The notes under the pieces: generated by a model | Database searches by the model: none | What the model was told of the DNA's origin: nothing | What the model saw: only the letters and a program-made list of their open reading frames with translations | Position numbers and translations under genes: made by a program | Part shown: positions 18,145 to 27,419 of the stretch, one piece after another | Layout: every line of letters begins with the position of its first letter | Position numbering within the stretch: position 1 is the stretch's first letter | Assembly: GCA_001873215.1 (NCBI GenBank) | Contig: MNYS01000002.1 | Coordinates: forward strand, 28,395 to 92,394 | Origin: Candidatus Levybacteria bacterium CG2_30_37_29 | GTDB taxonomy: Bacteria; Patescibacteriota; Microgenomatia; Levybacterales; GWA1-39-11 | DNA: 64,000 nucleotides | Reading direction: 5' to 3'

Positions 18145-18747
18145 TTAACTGATAAGTTTCTTTTTCTTTGCTTCTTCAATAATTTGTTTCATCATTGTAT
18201 TTACATCTATTAGATATGTTTCAACATTTTCTTTTATGAAAATATCTTTTTTTAACTTAGCGGAAGGTAATTCCCATTTGTTATTTATATAGTCTACATA
18301 TAAATGTCTCCACTTTAATTTTTCTGTTTCTCCTTCCTCAATCTCCTTAATGCTTTTTAGAATTTCTTTTATTGAATTATTTATATCCTCAATAGTTCTC
18401 CCTTCTAAGAATTTAGGATTATTTTTCTTTATATCTTCAAAGTTTTCTCTTAAAAGATTTTGTCCTACGAGCATCATTTTAATCAAACCAGTTTGCTTAA
18501 ATTTATGGTCTCTAAATGTCTTCCAAAATTCTTGCCAATCAACTGTTTTATTCTCTATGAGGTTTATTGCAACAAGCCCTAGATAATATGCTTTTGATAG
18601 CTCTTCAATAGCTATTGCATATAGAAAAGTTGCAGTTGGAGATTTTGCTTTTTCTAATAAGTTACCATCGTCTTTTATTTTATGTGCGTTATATAGCATT
18701 TTATCCATTCCCACTATACATTGAGTAATATCAAGATTTGTTTTCAT
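18145..18747 (-). CDS. AbiV-like abortive-infection family protein (putative)
   Basis: 200 aa, all-helical. The AIAIEELSKAYYLG segment resembles the conserved A.EE.GK core of the AbiV family. Size matches AbiV (about 200 aa). Moderate confidence. Confidence 0.45.
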   Translation of the reverse strand: MKTNLDITQCIVGMDKMLYNAHKIKDDGNLLEKAKSPTATFLYAIAIEELSKAYYLGLVAINLIENKTVDWQEFWKTFRDHKFKQTGLIKMMLVGQNLLRENFEDIKKNNPKFLEGRTIEDINNSIKEILKSIKEIEEGETEKLKWRHLYVDYINNKWELPSAKLKKDIFIKENVETYLIDVNTMMKQIIEEAKKKKLIS

Positions 18748-18814
18748 AAGTTATATTTTCTTATAATCTTTCTAAAGTTAAAAAGCAATCATTCTTAAAT
18801 GCTACAATAATGAT

Positions 18815-19207
18815 ATGACGAAACTCACTCCTGATGAGAGGTGGAAAAGATTTAATCAGAAACTAAATGAGCAAATGAAAGCTAATGATTTCTACAGTTT
18901 AGGTATTACTTATCAAGAGATGGCTAACTTCTTAGATAAAGAAGGGAAAAATTCAGAAGAAATGCGAAATAAAGCTTACGAAATGAAACTTTTGCATCAC
19001 CAAAACTATATTAAAAACCTACAGAATAATTCTCCGGTAAGTAAAGGTGTTGAGATACTTTCAGCACCTGATAGTTGTGAAAGTTGCTTAGCTTTAGATA
19101 GTAAGGCATTTGAGTTTAAGAAGGTTTTAGATAGTCCACCACTCCCCGTAAAAGAGTGCAAGCATATTTACGGGTGTAGATGCACATATCTTCCTGTAGC
19201 AAATTAA
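18815..19207 (+). CDS. Hypothetical Cys-rich protein; C-terminal GCRCTY motif reminiscent of the phage Mu-F/SPP1 gp7 head-morphogenesis domain
   Basis: CESC...C..YGCRCTYLP cysteine cluster. Similarity to the MuF H.NCRC motif is by pattern only. Confidence 0.35.
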   Translation: MTKLTPDERWKRFNQKLNEQMKANDFYSLGITYQEMANFLDKEGKNSEEMRNKAYEMKLLHHQNYIKNLQNNSPVSKGVEILSAPDSCESCLALDSKAFEFKKVLDSPPLPVKECKHIYGCRCTYLPVAN

Positions 19208-19902
19208 GTTTTTTCTACAATTTTAATTTCAAATTCAGGAGTTAAGAGAACTTGTTTTCCAGTATGTTCATATTCAAATTTATCAGCCCTTCCTCTATAG
19301 GGATGTATAAAACTATGCTGTTCTTTAGTTGAAAGAACTTCATCATAATCTAAATCTATCGCAAGCGTATTCGGATAAAGCTGTATTATTCTCCATGTTT
19401 TAGCATCTGGCGTTACATCACCTAAATACCATATGTCCTTAACTTTAGGATTTATCTCTTTTAGTTTTTGGTTTAATTCAACGGCGGGTGGAACTACTTG
19501 GTTTCTCCTTATGTAACAGACAAGGGTAAGGTTAGGGTCAACAATTTTGTTAAGTTTTATTTTCTTTAATGCTTCTAAAAAATCTCCTTCATTATCTTCT
19601 TTTCTGTATTCAAATACTTCAAGTTTAATTTCAGGTCTTTCGCTTCCCCCTATTTTTTTGTTGTGAATAAAAGTATAGCAATAGAAATCCGGTGAACCTG
19701 ATTTTATTTCTGGCTTGAAAAACCATTCCTCTCCCGAATGGTTTTTAAGTCCGAGCAAAAACATTGCTGTTATCCAAGCTTCCCTTGTTACTTTATATTT
19801 TCTATCTGTAAAGATTGTATCTCCAATACTCAAATAGGTTCTTGCAAATAAGCGGATTGCAGTATAAGGATGTATAAGTATTTCTTCGCTTGAATTTTTC
19901 AT
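19204..19902 (-). CDS. Hypothetical protein (232 aa), weak PD-(D/E)xK-like pattern
   Basis: GSPDFYCYTF ... EIKLEVFEYRK could be a degenerate PD...ExK nuclease core. Unverified. Last gene of the minus-strand operon. Confidence 0.4.
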   Translation of the reverse strand: MKNSSEEILIHPYTAIRLFARTYLSIGDTIFTDRKYKVTREAWITAMFLLGLKNHSGEEWFFKPEIKSGSPDFYCYTFIHNKKIGGSERPEIKLEVFEYRKEDNEGDFLEALKKIKLNKIVDPNLTLVCYIRRNQVVPPAVELNQKLKEINPKVKDIWYLGDVTPDAKTWRIIQLYPNTLAIDLDYDEVLSTKEQHSFIHPYRGRADKFEYEHTGKQVLLTPEFEIKIVEKT

Positions 19903-19933
19903 ATTGCGGCTATTTTATTATAAGGAAGAAAAT

Positions 19934-20848
19934 TTAACGAGTGGCAAGTTTTTTTAATCCTCGCTTCTGAACAAAGAGAAGTAGAAGCATCCTATTCAAA
20001 TTGGCAATATTAGCCATATCTTCTAATAGTTTTGTTTCATTCTTTACTCCACCCAAAAATCCACCTTCCCATTCTCCGCCAGCGAGTAGTCCATCATGAA
20101 GAAAGTTAGACCTTAAATTATGATAAAGTTTTTTTGTCATTTTCACGGCAGTATCAACATTTGAACCGGTAATAAGGCTTCTTATTAGCTTTTCTATTTC
20201 ACTTGCATGACTTGTTTCATGCTTTTTATTTATCTTTTCCCCACAATCAGGACATACTAAAAAAGATGAACAAATTGGTTTAGGATTATCTGCTAATTGG
20301 TTTATAGAAGACAACAAGAGTGTCATATAAAGAGTATATTTCAGATGTGGATTTGGTAATCTTTGGATATCCTCTGCCCACACAAATGTTTGCAAAGCTT
20401 TTTCAAATCTCATGAGTTCATCAGCATTGAGCTTTTGCAAGAGCTTACAGAAAAAGAATAATTTACCGACAGGATTAAGTTCATTTACTATTCCACCATA
20501 GCTTATGCCTTTTTCATAGAATGTTTGAGCTTTATATTTTTTGAATACATCTTCAAAACCATTCAGTCCAACAATATCTTGCGGTGCTGTATCTGAAGGC
20601 AAACCTGTAGTTAGAAGCAGGAGATTGCTAATTCTATAAAGATTTCTATACATGTTTGAAGAAGTAAGAGGCTTTATTGTTTCTAAATATAGAAAGGTTT
20701 TTTGTTTATCAAAAGCCCTTTTGTTATCTGGATTTCCTGCAAATAATATTGCACTTTTTATGTCAGAGTGAGGTAAAGCTACCAACTCATAATAAGGTTG
20801 TTCATTATTGTAAATATTAAGATGATATAAAAATAAGTATCTGGACAT
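19934..20848 (-). CDS. Hypothetical protein (about 304 aa) with CPDCGEK zinc-ribbon-like motif
   Basis: Start moved to Met32 to remove the overlap with the upstream nuclease gene. No family recognised. Confidence 0.4.
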   Translation of the reverse strand: MSRYLFLYHLNIYNNEQPYYELVALPHSDIKSAILFAGNPDNKRAFDKQKTFLYLETIKPLTSSNMYRNLYRISNLLLLTTGLPSDTAPQDIVGLNGFEDVFKKYKAQTFYEKGISYGGIVNELNPVGKLFFFCKLLQKLNADELMRFEKALQTFVWAEDIQRLPNPHLKYTLYMTLLLSSINQLADNPKPICSSFLVCPDCGEKINKKHETSHASEIEKLIRSLITGSNVDTAVKMTKKLYHNLRSNFLHDGLLAGGEWEGGFLGGVKNETKLLEDMANIANLNRMLLLLFVQKRGLKKLATR

Positions 20849-20907
20849 TAGGGCTATAGCATATTTACGATGTATTATATTACAAATGAGGCTAAGATAT
20901 AATCGCT

Positions 20908-21882
20908 TTATTGCTGACAATGCAATGGAGCACCATCGCAAGCTATACCGTCTCCATCAGCATCTCTAACAGAGCACCCACATGTATTTAATTGGTATTG
21001 TGCTTCTGCACATGAAGAAATTTGGGTGCATGTTTTACTGCAGTTACAGGAATAACCACCTGTATTTTGTTGATATGTGTTATTTGTTGCAGGCGTTTGA
21101 GAGGTAGACTGACTTGCCGGCTTGGGGGTTGTTGAAGAACATGCACTCCATAACCCTTTGTTATTTGTTCTTGCTTGTTGCTCTGCTTGTCGTAATTTGT
21201 CTTGATATTTTATATCTGGCGGATAAGAAACTGCATGAGCGTATCCTTCGCTTACCAGAACTTGATTGATAAAAAGGTCTCCCATATACACATAACGCAA
21301 TAGCCTTCCATATCTGTCAGTTTCAGAAATATCCTTCTCAAGCCCTACAATACCATTTCCAACGAGTTCTTGGTTCTTTGCTGATGCTTCTTTACCATAA
21401 CATTGAACTGATTTTCTTGGGTCAACAGTTTCAGGGGTATCAATTCCTATATATCTAACGGTTTTCTTGTTGCCATTTCCTAAATCTACCTCAATGGTAT
21501 CTCCGTCAATTATTCTTATTACCCGAGCAAGCACTATATTTGCATTTGCCGGTGCAGTTTGTGGTTTCCATGTTGGAGTGGGAGAAGTATCTGATATAGA
21601 AGGCTTAGTAGCTTGAGATTGATTAAAATCTACCTTTTCTTCTTGTTTTTGTGCTTGCTTAGGAGTAGTTGAAGATAAACCTGCCACCCATGCACTGCCT
21701 ATAAAAAGTGTCAATAAGGCAATAAGAGCAATTACTCCATATTTTGCCTTCTTATTTCCTATCTTCTTATACGCAAAATAACCCGCACCAATTCCAATTA
21801 CAAAAGGAAGGAATGGTAGAGCGAGAATACCTATAGCAGGAACTGTGAGAAATTTTCTTTTACCTATAAATAATTTCTTCAT
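20908..21882 (-). CDS. Membrane-anchored thermonuclease (staphylococcal nuclease/SNase fold) with C-terminal Excalibur Ca-binding domain
   Basis: N-terminal TM helices. SNase motifs ARVIRIIDGDTIEV...VRYIGIDTPE...RYGRLLRYVY. Low-complexity T/S/P/Q linkers. C-terminal Cys-rich DADGDGIACD, the Excalibur DxDxDGxxCE signature. Confidence 0.8.
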   Translation of the reverse strand: MKKLFIGKRKFLTVPAIGILALPFLPFVIGIGAGYFAYKKIGNKKAKYGVIALIALLTLFIGSAWVAGLSSTTPKQAQKQEEKVDFNQSQATKPSISDTSPTPTWKPQTAPANANIVLARVIRIIDGDTIEVDLGNGNKKTVRYIGIDTPETVDPRKSVQCYGKEASAKNQELVGNGIVGLEKDISETDRYGRLLRYVYMGDLFINQVLVSEGYAHAVSYPPDIKYQDKLRQAEQQARTNNKGLWSACSSTTPKPASQSTSQTPATNNTYQQNTGGYSCNCSKTCTQISSCAEAQYQLNTCGCSVRDADGDGIACDGAPLHCQQ

Positions 21883-21928
21883 GCTTGGGAAGTATTATAC
21901 TACTAACAATGCGGATGTTTAATTTGTT

Positions 21929-22636
21929 TTATAACGAATTGCTAGGTTTAGTTCCCAGAAATACTAAACTAAAACCATTTTTCACATATACACAACCTAC
22001 ATTAAAATCACCGAGAATAATTTCTTTAGTTCCATCTTTCTTATCTCGAAGAAACTCAATAGCTCTGTCTGCTGTCTTGGTAATCACCCATAACTCTGTC
22101 ATTGGAGCATATTGGTTTAGTCCTGCATTTTCTACCCATTGGTCAAAACTTTCTTGCTGATTATTTGGGTCTTTTTTCAAGATTTGATATCTGCTCTCTA
22201 ACTTATTACAGATTGATGGCTCTAAAATAATAGGTTCCACATCATGTTTTTTCCTATACTCGTTTAATTTTCCAAATACTTCATTACTTGTAAATTCCCA
22301 TTCTTTGGGGGCTGTAGAGCTTACTGGATATTGTTGTTTGAATTGAACGGCATTTACAAAAATGTAAATTCCAAAAAGTAGAAAAATTGCAAATATAATT
22401 TTTGAAGCTATGCTTTTTATGCTAAATTTCTTTGAAAGAATAGGTTTTGCAAGGAAAAAAAAGATAATTACAGATAAAATGAGAACCGAAAATTTATCAA
22501 GCACATATCCTCCGCTTGTAAACTGTTGAGCTTCTACGCTTCTATCAAGAGTATTGTAAGTAAAAAGAAGCCAAACATATAGAGCACCTACAAAAGCTAG
22601 AATTCTTAATACCGGTTTTATTATTTTTCTAAACAT
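21929..22636 (-). CDS. Hypothetical membrane protein (3 TM helices + soluble C-terminal domain)
   Basis: Hydropathy read from the translation. Operonic with the nuclease gene. Confidence 0.45.
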   Translation of the reverse strand: MFRKIIKPVLRILAFVGALYVWLLFTYNTLDRSVEAQQFTSGGYVLDKFSVLILSVIIFFFLAKPILSKKFSIKSIASKIIFAIFLLFGIYIFVNAVQFKQQYPVSSTAPKEWEFTSNEVFGKLNEYRKKHDVEPIILEPSICNKLESRYQILKKDPNNQQESFDQWVENAGLNQYAPMTELWVITKTADRAIEFLRDKKDGTKEIILGDFNVGCVYVKNGFSLVFLGTKPSNSL

Positions 22637-22640
22637 TTTA

Positions 22641-22949
22641 CTATAGTTTTCTTATCCATTCGTATAATAACCCAAAGGGTATAATTGATATATCCTCTAT
22701 TTTACTTCTAAAAATTATCATTATGACCCAAGATAAAATTACAATTTTCCAATCAAAGAAAAAGAAAATTATAGTTGAGACAATAAATGCAATCATTACT
22801 AGAACAAATAGCAACTGAATAATCAAGGAGTTGAGCAGGAGAGGTCTTTCAAAAGCATGTGTCTTGCCATATCTTCCATAATATGAAGTGCAACCGGAAA
22901 AGAATAAATACATTACACTTAGTGCTATAAATTCTATATTCATACTCAT
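22641..22949 (-). CDS. Hypothetical small membrane protein (102 aa)
   Basis: Three hydrophobic segments. First gene of the minus-strand operon, divergent from the XRE regulator. Confidence 0.4.
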   Translation of the reverse strand: MSMNIEFIALSVMYLFFSGCTSYYGRYGKTHAFERPLLLNSLIIQLLFVLVMIAFIVSTIIFFFFDWKIVILSWVIMIIFRSKIEDISIIPFGLLYEWIRKL

Positions 22950-23054
22950 CTAATGTATTTAAATTATAGCTTATCTTAATCAATTTACAAGGCGAGTATT
23001 AAGGTTAAAAGGGCTATATAAAGACAATTTGAATGTTTAGGTTAATGGAAAATA

Positions 23055-23081
23055 GCAGTATATGGCTTATTATTATACTGC
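23055..23081. promoter_or_regulatory. Inverted repeat GCAGTATA-N11-TATACTGC spanning the start codon of the XRE regulator (candidate autoregulatory operator)
   Basis: Perfect 8-bp arms read directly. Lies in the divergent intergenic region between the HTH gene and the 5-gene minus-strand operon. Confidence 0.4.
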
Positions 23082-23286
23082 TAAAATTAGAGAGGAGATT
23101 GGCAAAAATATACAAAGGTCTAGAAAAAGAAAAGGATTGAAACAGGTTGATGTAGCTGTAGATGCGGGAATAAACACAAGCTATTATGGGAAAATAGAAA
23201 GGGGAATTGTCAACCCTTCTCTTGAAAAACTTTTTAGAATAATTAAATCTCTAAAAGTTAAATCCTCTGATATACTCCCTTTTTAG
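23062..23286 (+). CDS. XRE-family helix-turn-helix transcriptional regulator
   Basis: 74 aa. LKQVDVAVDAGINTSYYGKIERG is a classic Cro/C1-type HTH. Confidence 0.7.
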   Translation: MAYYYTAKIREEIGKNIQRSRKRKGLKQVDVAVDAGINTSYYGKIERGIVNPSLEKLFRIIKSLKVKSSDILPF

Positions 23287-23351
23287 TGGGAAAGTGTGAG
23301 TAAATACTCTGTATATCCCTATATGAATAAGGTGTTTACAGTAGGGAGCGT

Positions 23352-23777
23352 CTAGCTACGCCCCAACGTTTGTAGAAGCATTTCTTCTAGATGACCCTTT
23401 ACCTGCTCCACAAAGGCATGAAGGTTCTGATAGTCCTTCCAAACAATCCTTTTGACACCCTTTGCTTCTAGCTCTTGGTTATAAGGGGGTATAGAGGATA
23501 TGCCTATTATTTTATTAGGCGGGTATTTATTAAAGTCTAAGACATGAAAGCTTCCTGATGCAAAGCAATCACGGTCAAGAAGTATTATGTCAAATACATT
23601 CCTTGATACTTTATTTAGGTATTCTTCTACCTGCGTATATTCAGAAAGAACTGTAATTGCTATGGATAATCTATCCTCAAAGTGTTTTTGAAGCTTATAC
23701 AGGCATTGTAGAAGCAGAGAAAGGGTTTCCACATCGTCCTCCAACAGGAGTATTCGTATGTCTTTTAGCCTACCCAT
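23352..23777 (-). CDS. Standalone response-regulator receiver (CheY-like) domain protein
   Basis: IRILLLEDD acidic pocket, phospho-acceptor DIILLDRD, and GISS / K-like downstream residues. No output domain. 141 aa. Confidence 0.6.
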   Translation of the reverse strand: MGRLKDIRILLLEDDVETLSLLLQCLYKLQKHFEDRLSIAITVLSEYTQVEEYLNKVSRNVFDIILLDRDCFASGSFHVLDFNKYPPNKIIGISSIPPYNQELEAKGVKRIVWKDYQNLHAFVEQVKGHLEEMLLQTLGRS

Positions 23778-23928
23778 CTTATCTAAAATATAGCTTACCT
23801 TTACTTATTAAACAAGGTAGGATGGGGGGCTGGACACAAACCCTATTTGATTTATGACAAGAATATAATAAATAGTGGCGAGCATTGGCGTGTAAAAAAT
23901 ATAGGCTAAATGGTAAAATAGAGCTAAT

Positions 23929-24606
23929 GTGAATATGAATGACAATAGTTTATTTTTAGGTTTATCTCCTCATGCGGATGCTGTTAAAAGTTTAAGCAAT
24001 GAGAATTTAGAATTACTTGATAAGACTGTTCGGGAAATTTTGCGGAAAAACGAACTATCAGCTTTTCAGGAAATAACATTTGATGCCGACCCAAATACAA
24101 AAGAAACAGTGGATTATCTCAATAGGCATATTCTTCATAAAAATATCAATACAAATTCGGAGCGGATAATTTTAGACCTTTCAGAAGAAGATATAGAAGC
24201 CTTGTATAGGTGTAGTCAAGCAATAAAGGATGAGAAAGAAAAGAGGCAGATAATAAGCCCATTAAATAATGCAGGCGTAGATAAAATAAAAATCCCTGCT
24301 GGATGGACGCTAGAAGAAGATGAAAAAGGTAGGGCTTTCCTTAACAGGAATGGAAAAGTTATGTTTGAATTCAAGCATAATTGGACAAATAAGTATAAAT
24401 ACTTTAAGGTAATGTGGGAAAATTATGGTCAAAAGGTTGATTATAAAATTGTCTACGAGTTTCGTTCAAAGCTAATCTACCCGGAAAAGGGTGTATCCAA
24501 ATTCAATAGTAACATGCGAAACACCATAAATAAATTAAGAAAAGAAATGAAACATTTACCTATTAAAATTAAAACATCAAAGGGTTTTCAACTCCTTATA
24601 AGATAA
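23929..24606 (+). CDS. Hypothetical protein (225 aa)
   Basis: No family recognised. Lies within the mobile element. Confidence 0.4.
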   Translation: MNMNDNSLFLGLSPHADAVKSLSNENLELLDKTVREILRKNELSAFQEITFDADPNTKETVDYLNRHILHKNINTNSERIILDLSEEDIEALYRCSQAIKDEKEKRQIISPLNNAGVDKIKIPAGWTLEEDEKGRAFLNRNGKVMFEFKHNWTNKYKYFKVMWENYGQKVDYKIVYEFRSKLIYPEKGVSKFNSNMRNTINKLRKEMKHLPIKIKTSKGFQLLIR

Positions 24607-24683
24607 ACTACCCCCGAAAAGCTCTTAAAAGCTCTATTTCGCTCTAATAGACAGGCTCTAATTGTGCCCTTTATATTAAGCTC

Positions 24684-24929
24684 ATGATTATAAATGATAA
24701 TAAAAATCATTTCCAAACTTCAGATTTAGCATTAGCTTCTTTTCTGTCCCTTACCTACCCTATTGAAAAGATAGATAAATCAAACCCCAAACGGGCAGAA
24801 TTTGTCTTTAAGAACCCTGAAGAACTACATAATCTGATTGATACCTATTGGCAAGGTAAGGCAAGAGTTGAACCACAAGTATTCTTCAATCAATTAAAAA
24901 TTGTAAAAGCTCGTTTATATGGAGAATAA
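24684..24929 (+). CDS. DUF5659 domain protein
   Basis: TSDLALASFLSL...PKRAEFVFKNPEEL..LIDTYWQGKARVEPQVFFNQLKIVKARLY matches the DUF5659 pattern (TSDL.LASFL...P.R.VFVFE...EL....FW.G.ARV.P..FF.AL...K.RIY), common in phage/plasmid contexts. Confidence 0.55.
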   Translation: MIINDNKNHFQTSDLALASFLSLTYPIEKIDKSNPKRAEFVFKNPEELHNLIDTYWQGKARVEPQVFFNQLKIVKARLYGE

Positions 24930-24933
24930 ATTT

Positions 24934-25080
24934 ATGTTGAGTAAGCCTTTATTAGAAGAACTAAGACAAATAATGAAAAGAAAGTATAGTTTGGAGCTTA
25001 ACGATAAAGAGCTTTTTGAGTTTGCCAACTCACTTGTAGGCTATTTTGACTTACTCTTGAAAGGAAGTCTAAGAAAATAA
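24934..25080 (+). CDS. Small hypothetical ORF (48 aa, MLSKPLLEELRQIMKRKYSLELNDKELFEF...)
   Basis: ATG ORF below the track cutoff that tightly fills the gap between DUF5659 and the next gene. Helical. Confidence 0.3.
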   Translation: MLSKPLLEELRQIMKRKYSLELNDKELFEFANSLVGYFDLLLKGSLRK

Positions 25081-25082
25081 GT

Positions 25083-25814
25083 ATGGCAAAAGCACGAATG
25101 CTACATAAAAAGATTTCTGTTTCAACACAGGTAAATAAACTTTACTTACCCGCAAGGCTTCTTTTTACATGGATGATTGCACACGCAGATGATGAAGGTA
25201 GGTTGAAAGGAGATGCAGATTACATAAGGGCGATTGTTGTCCCAATGACAAAGTGGTCTTTCAAAAAGATAGGAAATTATCTTGAAGAAATAAAAAACGC
25301 AGGACTTATTTATTACTGGCAACAAAATGGTGAGTGGTTTGTAGAATTTATAAAATGGCGAGAGCATCAAAGCATAAGAAGTGATAGATATATTTCTTCA
25401 TTGCTACCCTCATTTATGAAAGGGACTGATGACAAATTGGCTACCAATAGTCAACCGGATGACAACCAAAAGCCTACTCAAGATAATATAGTTCAATCCA
25501 AAATAAAACAAGAGAATTTTAATAAAAGCGAATATAAGGAAGACGCCGATAAAACATCTAAAGTCATAAACCCTAGAACCTTTACACCAAGCAATGATGG
25601 AGAGAGTATTGCCTTAGAAACATATAAGCGGTTAGAACCGAATAACCCATTTGCATTTCAAGCTACCTATCTAAAGGCTCTAAAAAGAGGTTTGCCTCTA
25701 CATTTGTTCGGTGAATTCGCTAGTCAAATAGAACAAGATAACTCTGTTAAAAATCGGGGTGCAGTGTTTAATATAAAAGTTGATGAATACTTTGAAAACA
25801 GAGTTCGGAAATAG
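25083..25814 (+). CDS. Hypothetical protein; N-terminal region resembles phage replication-initiator/replisome-organiser winged-helix domains (tentative)
   Basis: LPARLLFTWMIAHADDEGRL...YLEEIKNAGLIYYW pattern. Low-complexity acidic/polar middle. Function inferred weakly. Confidence 0.35.
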   Translation: MAKARMLHKKISVSTQVNKLYLPARLLFTWMIAHADDEGRLKGDADYIRAIVVPMTKWSFKKIGNYLEEIKNAGLIYYWQQNGEWFVEFIKWREHQSIRSDRYISSLLPSFMKGTDDKLATNSQPDDNQKPTQDNIVQSKIKQENFNKSEYKEDADKTSKVINPRTFTPSNDGESIALETYKRLEPNNPFAFQATYLKALKRGLPLHLFGEFASQIEQDNSVKNRGAVFNIKVDEYFENRVRK

Positions 25815-25863
25815 TCCTATGAGCCTTATTGCAAAACAAAATAAAAGAGGGATAATTAAGAAA

Positions 25864-27408
25864 ATGAGAATGAAAATAGTATCATTTGCCAGAGTTTCTA
25901 CAAGAGAGCAGGCAGAGGAAGGCTACTCTTTGCCTGCCCAAGAGAAACTACTCAACGAGTATTCTTTCCGACATAGCGATTGGGTAAATATCAAACACTT
26001 TGCAGTTCCTGAAAGTGCATCCGGAAAGCAAGAGAGGAAAGTGTTTAACATACTTTTGGATTACCTAGATACACATAAAGATATTAAAGTTCTTCTTTGT
26101 GAAAAAGTTGATAGAATTTCTAGAAATTTTAAGGATGCGGTTAGGCTTGACGAATGGTTAAATGAAGACGAAGAAAGACAAATACATTTTGTTAAACAAA
26201 ATCTAGTAATACATAAAAACTCCCGTTCCCACGAAAAATTCCAATGGGATATGTATATTGCTCTTGCAAGGCAATATAGCAACAACCTTTCAGAAGAAAC
26301 AAAAAAAGGTCTTTATGAGAAAGCAGAGCAAGGTTGGTTTCCGGGCAATCACAAGAGGGGGTATAAGTGTATTGGAGATAGAGGACATAAAATATGGGAG
26401 ATAGACCAAGAAAAACCAGACGCAAAGTATATTGAGATGGGATTTGTCTTATTCAACACAGGTAACTTTACATTACGAACACTTGCAGTTGAGCTATTTA
26501 AGCAAGGATGGAGTGTTAAAACTAAACCTATTTCAATAAGTGAGCTTCACAAACTTTTAACTGACCCCTTCTATTGCGGTGAGTTTATTTTTAGAGGGAA
26601 GCATTATAAGAATGGTAAGCATCAGCCTTTAGTTTCCCAAGAACTCTTTTATAGCGTTCAAGAGCGTTTGCAACGCAAAGTAAAAGCAGGTAAATACAGA
26701 AAGCATCATTTTCTTTTTGGTGGTGGTTTAGCTACCTGTGGCGAATGTGAAAGAACAATTACATGGGAGCTTCAAAAAGGACACCATTATGGGCGTTGCA
26801 CGAAACACAAGACAAGCTGTTCCCAAAAAGCATATACAAGAGAAGAAGATGTCCAAGGACAAGTTCTTACATACCTAGATAAATTAAGAATTGATGACCC
26901 TGAATTACTTGAATGGGTTAGGAAAGCCTTAAAAGAAGCACACAGGGCAGGAAGCGAATATCATGAAGATATTGTTAAAGAACTTGATACACAATATCTT
27001 AGGGTCAAGAATAGGTTGGATGTTCTCTATGATGATAGAGCTGATGGTCTGATTTCAAAAGACCAATACGAATATAAAAAAGGTCAATACGAAAAGCAAC
27101 TAAACGACATTGTAGAGGCAAAGCAAAAACACTGCAAGGCAAATATAGACTACATGAGATTAGGAATAAACATTTTTGAACTTGCACAAAGGGGGCGTGA
27201 AATCTACGAAAAGAAACTCTTAATGGAAGAAAAGAAGGAGCTACTCAACTTTGTATTTTTGAACCTTAAAATCAGGGATAAAAAGGTCATTCCTAGCTTC
27301 AAAAATGGGTTTGAAGTGGTGGCAAAGCGGGCAGAAGATGGGAATTGGCTGGGAGTCAGGGATTCGAACCCCAATAAACAGGTCCAGAACCTGTTGTCCT
27401 ACCATTAG
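25864..27408 (+). CDS. Large serine recombinase (resolvase/invertase catalytic domain + recombinase domain + zinc ribbon)
   Basis: MRMKIVSFARVSTREQ catalytic Ser motif, DRISRN, and a Cys cluster CGECERTITW...GRCTKHKTSC. AGAGGG RBS upstream. The ORF 3' end runs into the tRNA-Gln sequence, so the true stop/att overlap is uncertain. Confidence 0.8.
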   Translation: MRMKIVSFARVSTREQAEEGYSLPAQEKLLNEYSFRHSDWVNIKHFAVPESASGKQERKVFNILLDYLDTHKDIKVLLCEKVDRISRNFKDAVRLDEWLNEDEERQIHFVKQNLVIHKNSRSHEKFQWDMYIALARQYSNNLSEETKKGLYEKAEQGWFPGNHKRGYKCIGDRGHKIWEIDQEKPDAKYIEMGFVLFNTGNFTLRTLAVELFKQGWSVKTKPISISELHKLLTDPFYCGEFIFRGKHYKNGKHQPLVSQELFYSVQERLQRKVKAGKYRKHHFLFGGGLATCGECERTITWELQKGHHYGRCTKHKTSCSQKAYTREEDVQGQVLTYLDKLRIDDPELLEWVRKALKEAHRAGSEYHEDIVKELDTQYLRVKNRLDVLYDDRADGLISKDQYEYKKGQYEKQLNDIVEAKQKHCKANIDYMRLGINIFELAQRGREIYEKKLLMEEKKELLNFVFLNLKIRDKKVIPSFKNGFEVVAKRAEDGNWLGVRDSNPNKQVQNLLSYH

Positions 27409-27419
27409 ACGAACTCCCA
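27346..27419 (-). tRNA. tRNA-Gln (anticodon CTG)
   Basis: Manually folded cloverleaf: acceptor TGGGAGT/ACTCCCA, D-stem GTCT/GGAC, anticodon stem ACAGG/CCTGT with loop TTCTGGA, T-loop TTCGAAT, discriminator G, and an encoded CCA. Confidence 0.8.

Larger units (their letters stand above)
16172..27345. mobile_element. Putative integrated mobile/defence element at the 3' end of tRNA-Gln, with a large serine recombinase at its tRNA-proximal end
   Basis: Recombinase 3' end abuts or overlaps the 3' end of tRNA-Gln. Cargo is phage/defence-like (AbiV-like, XRE HTH, standalone receiver, DUF5659, membrane-anchored nuclease). The left boundary at about 16.2 kb is approximate: no att direct repeat was located by eye, and 16172-16392 looks like a degraded coding remnant. 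Confidence 0.5.

Noticed and set aside
27346-27408. Recombinase ORF reading through the tRNA-Gln sequence
   Set aside because: The last roughly 20 codons (…GVRDSNPNKQVQNLLSYH) are just the translation of the tRNA complement. The true recombinase stop or att overlap cannot be set without homologues, so it is kept as a single feature with an uncertain 3' end.
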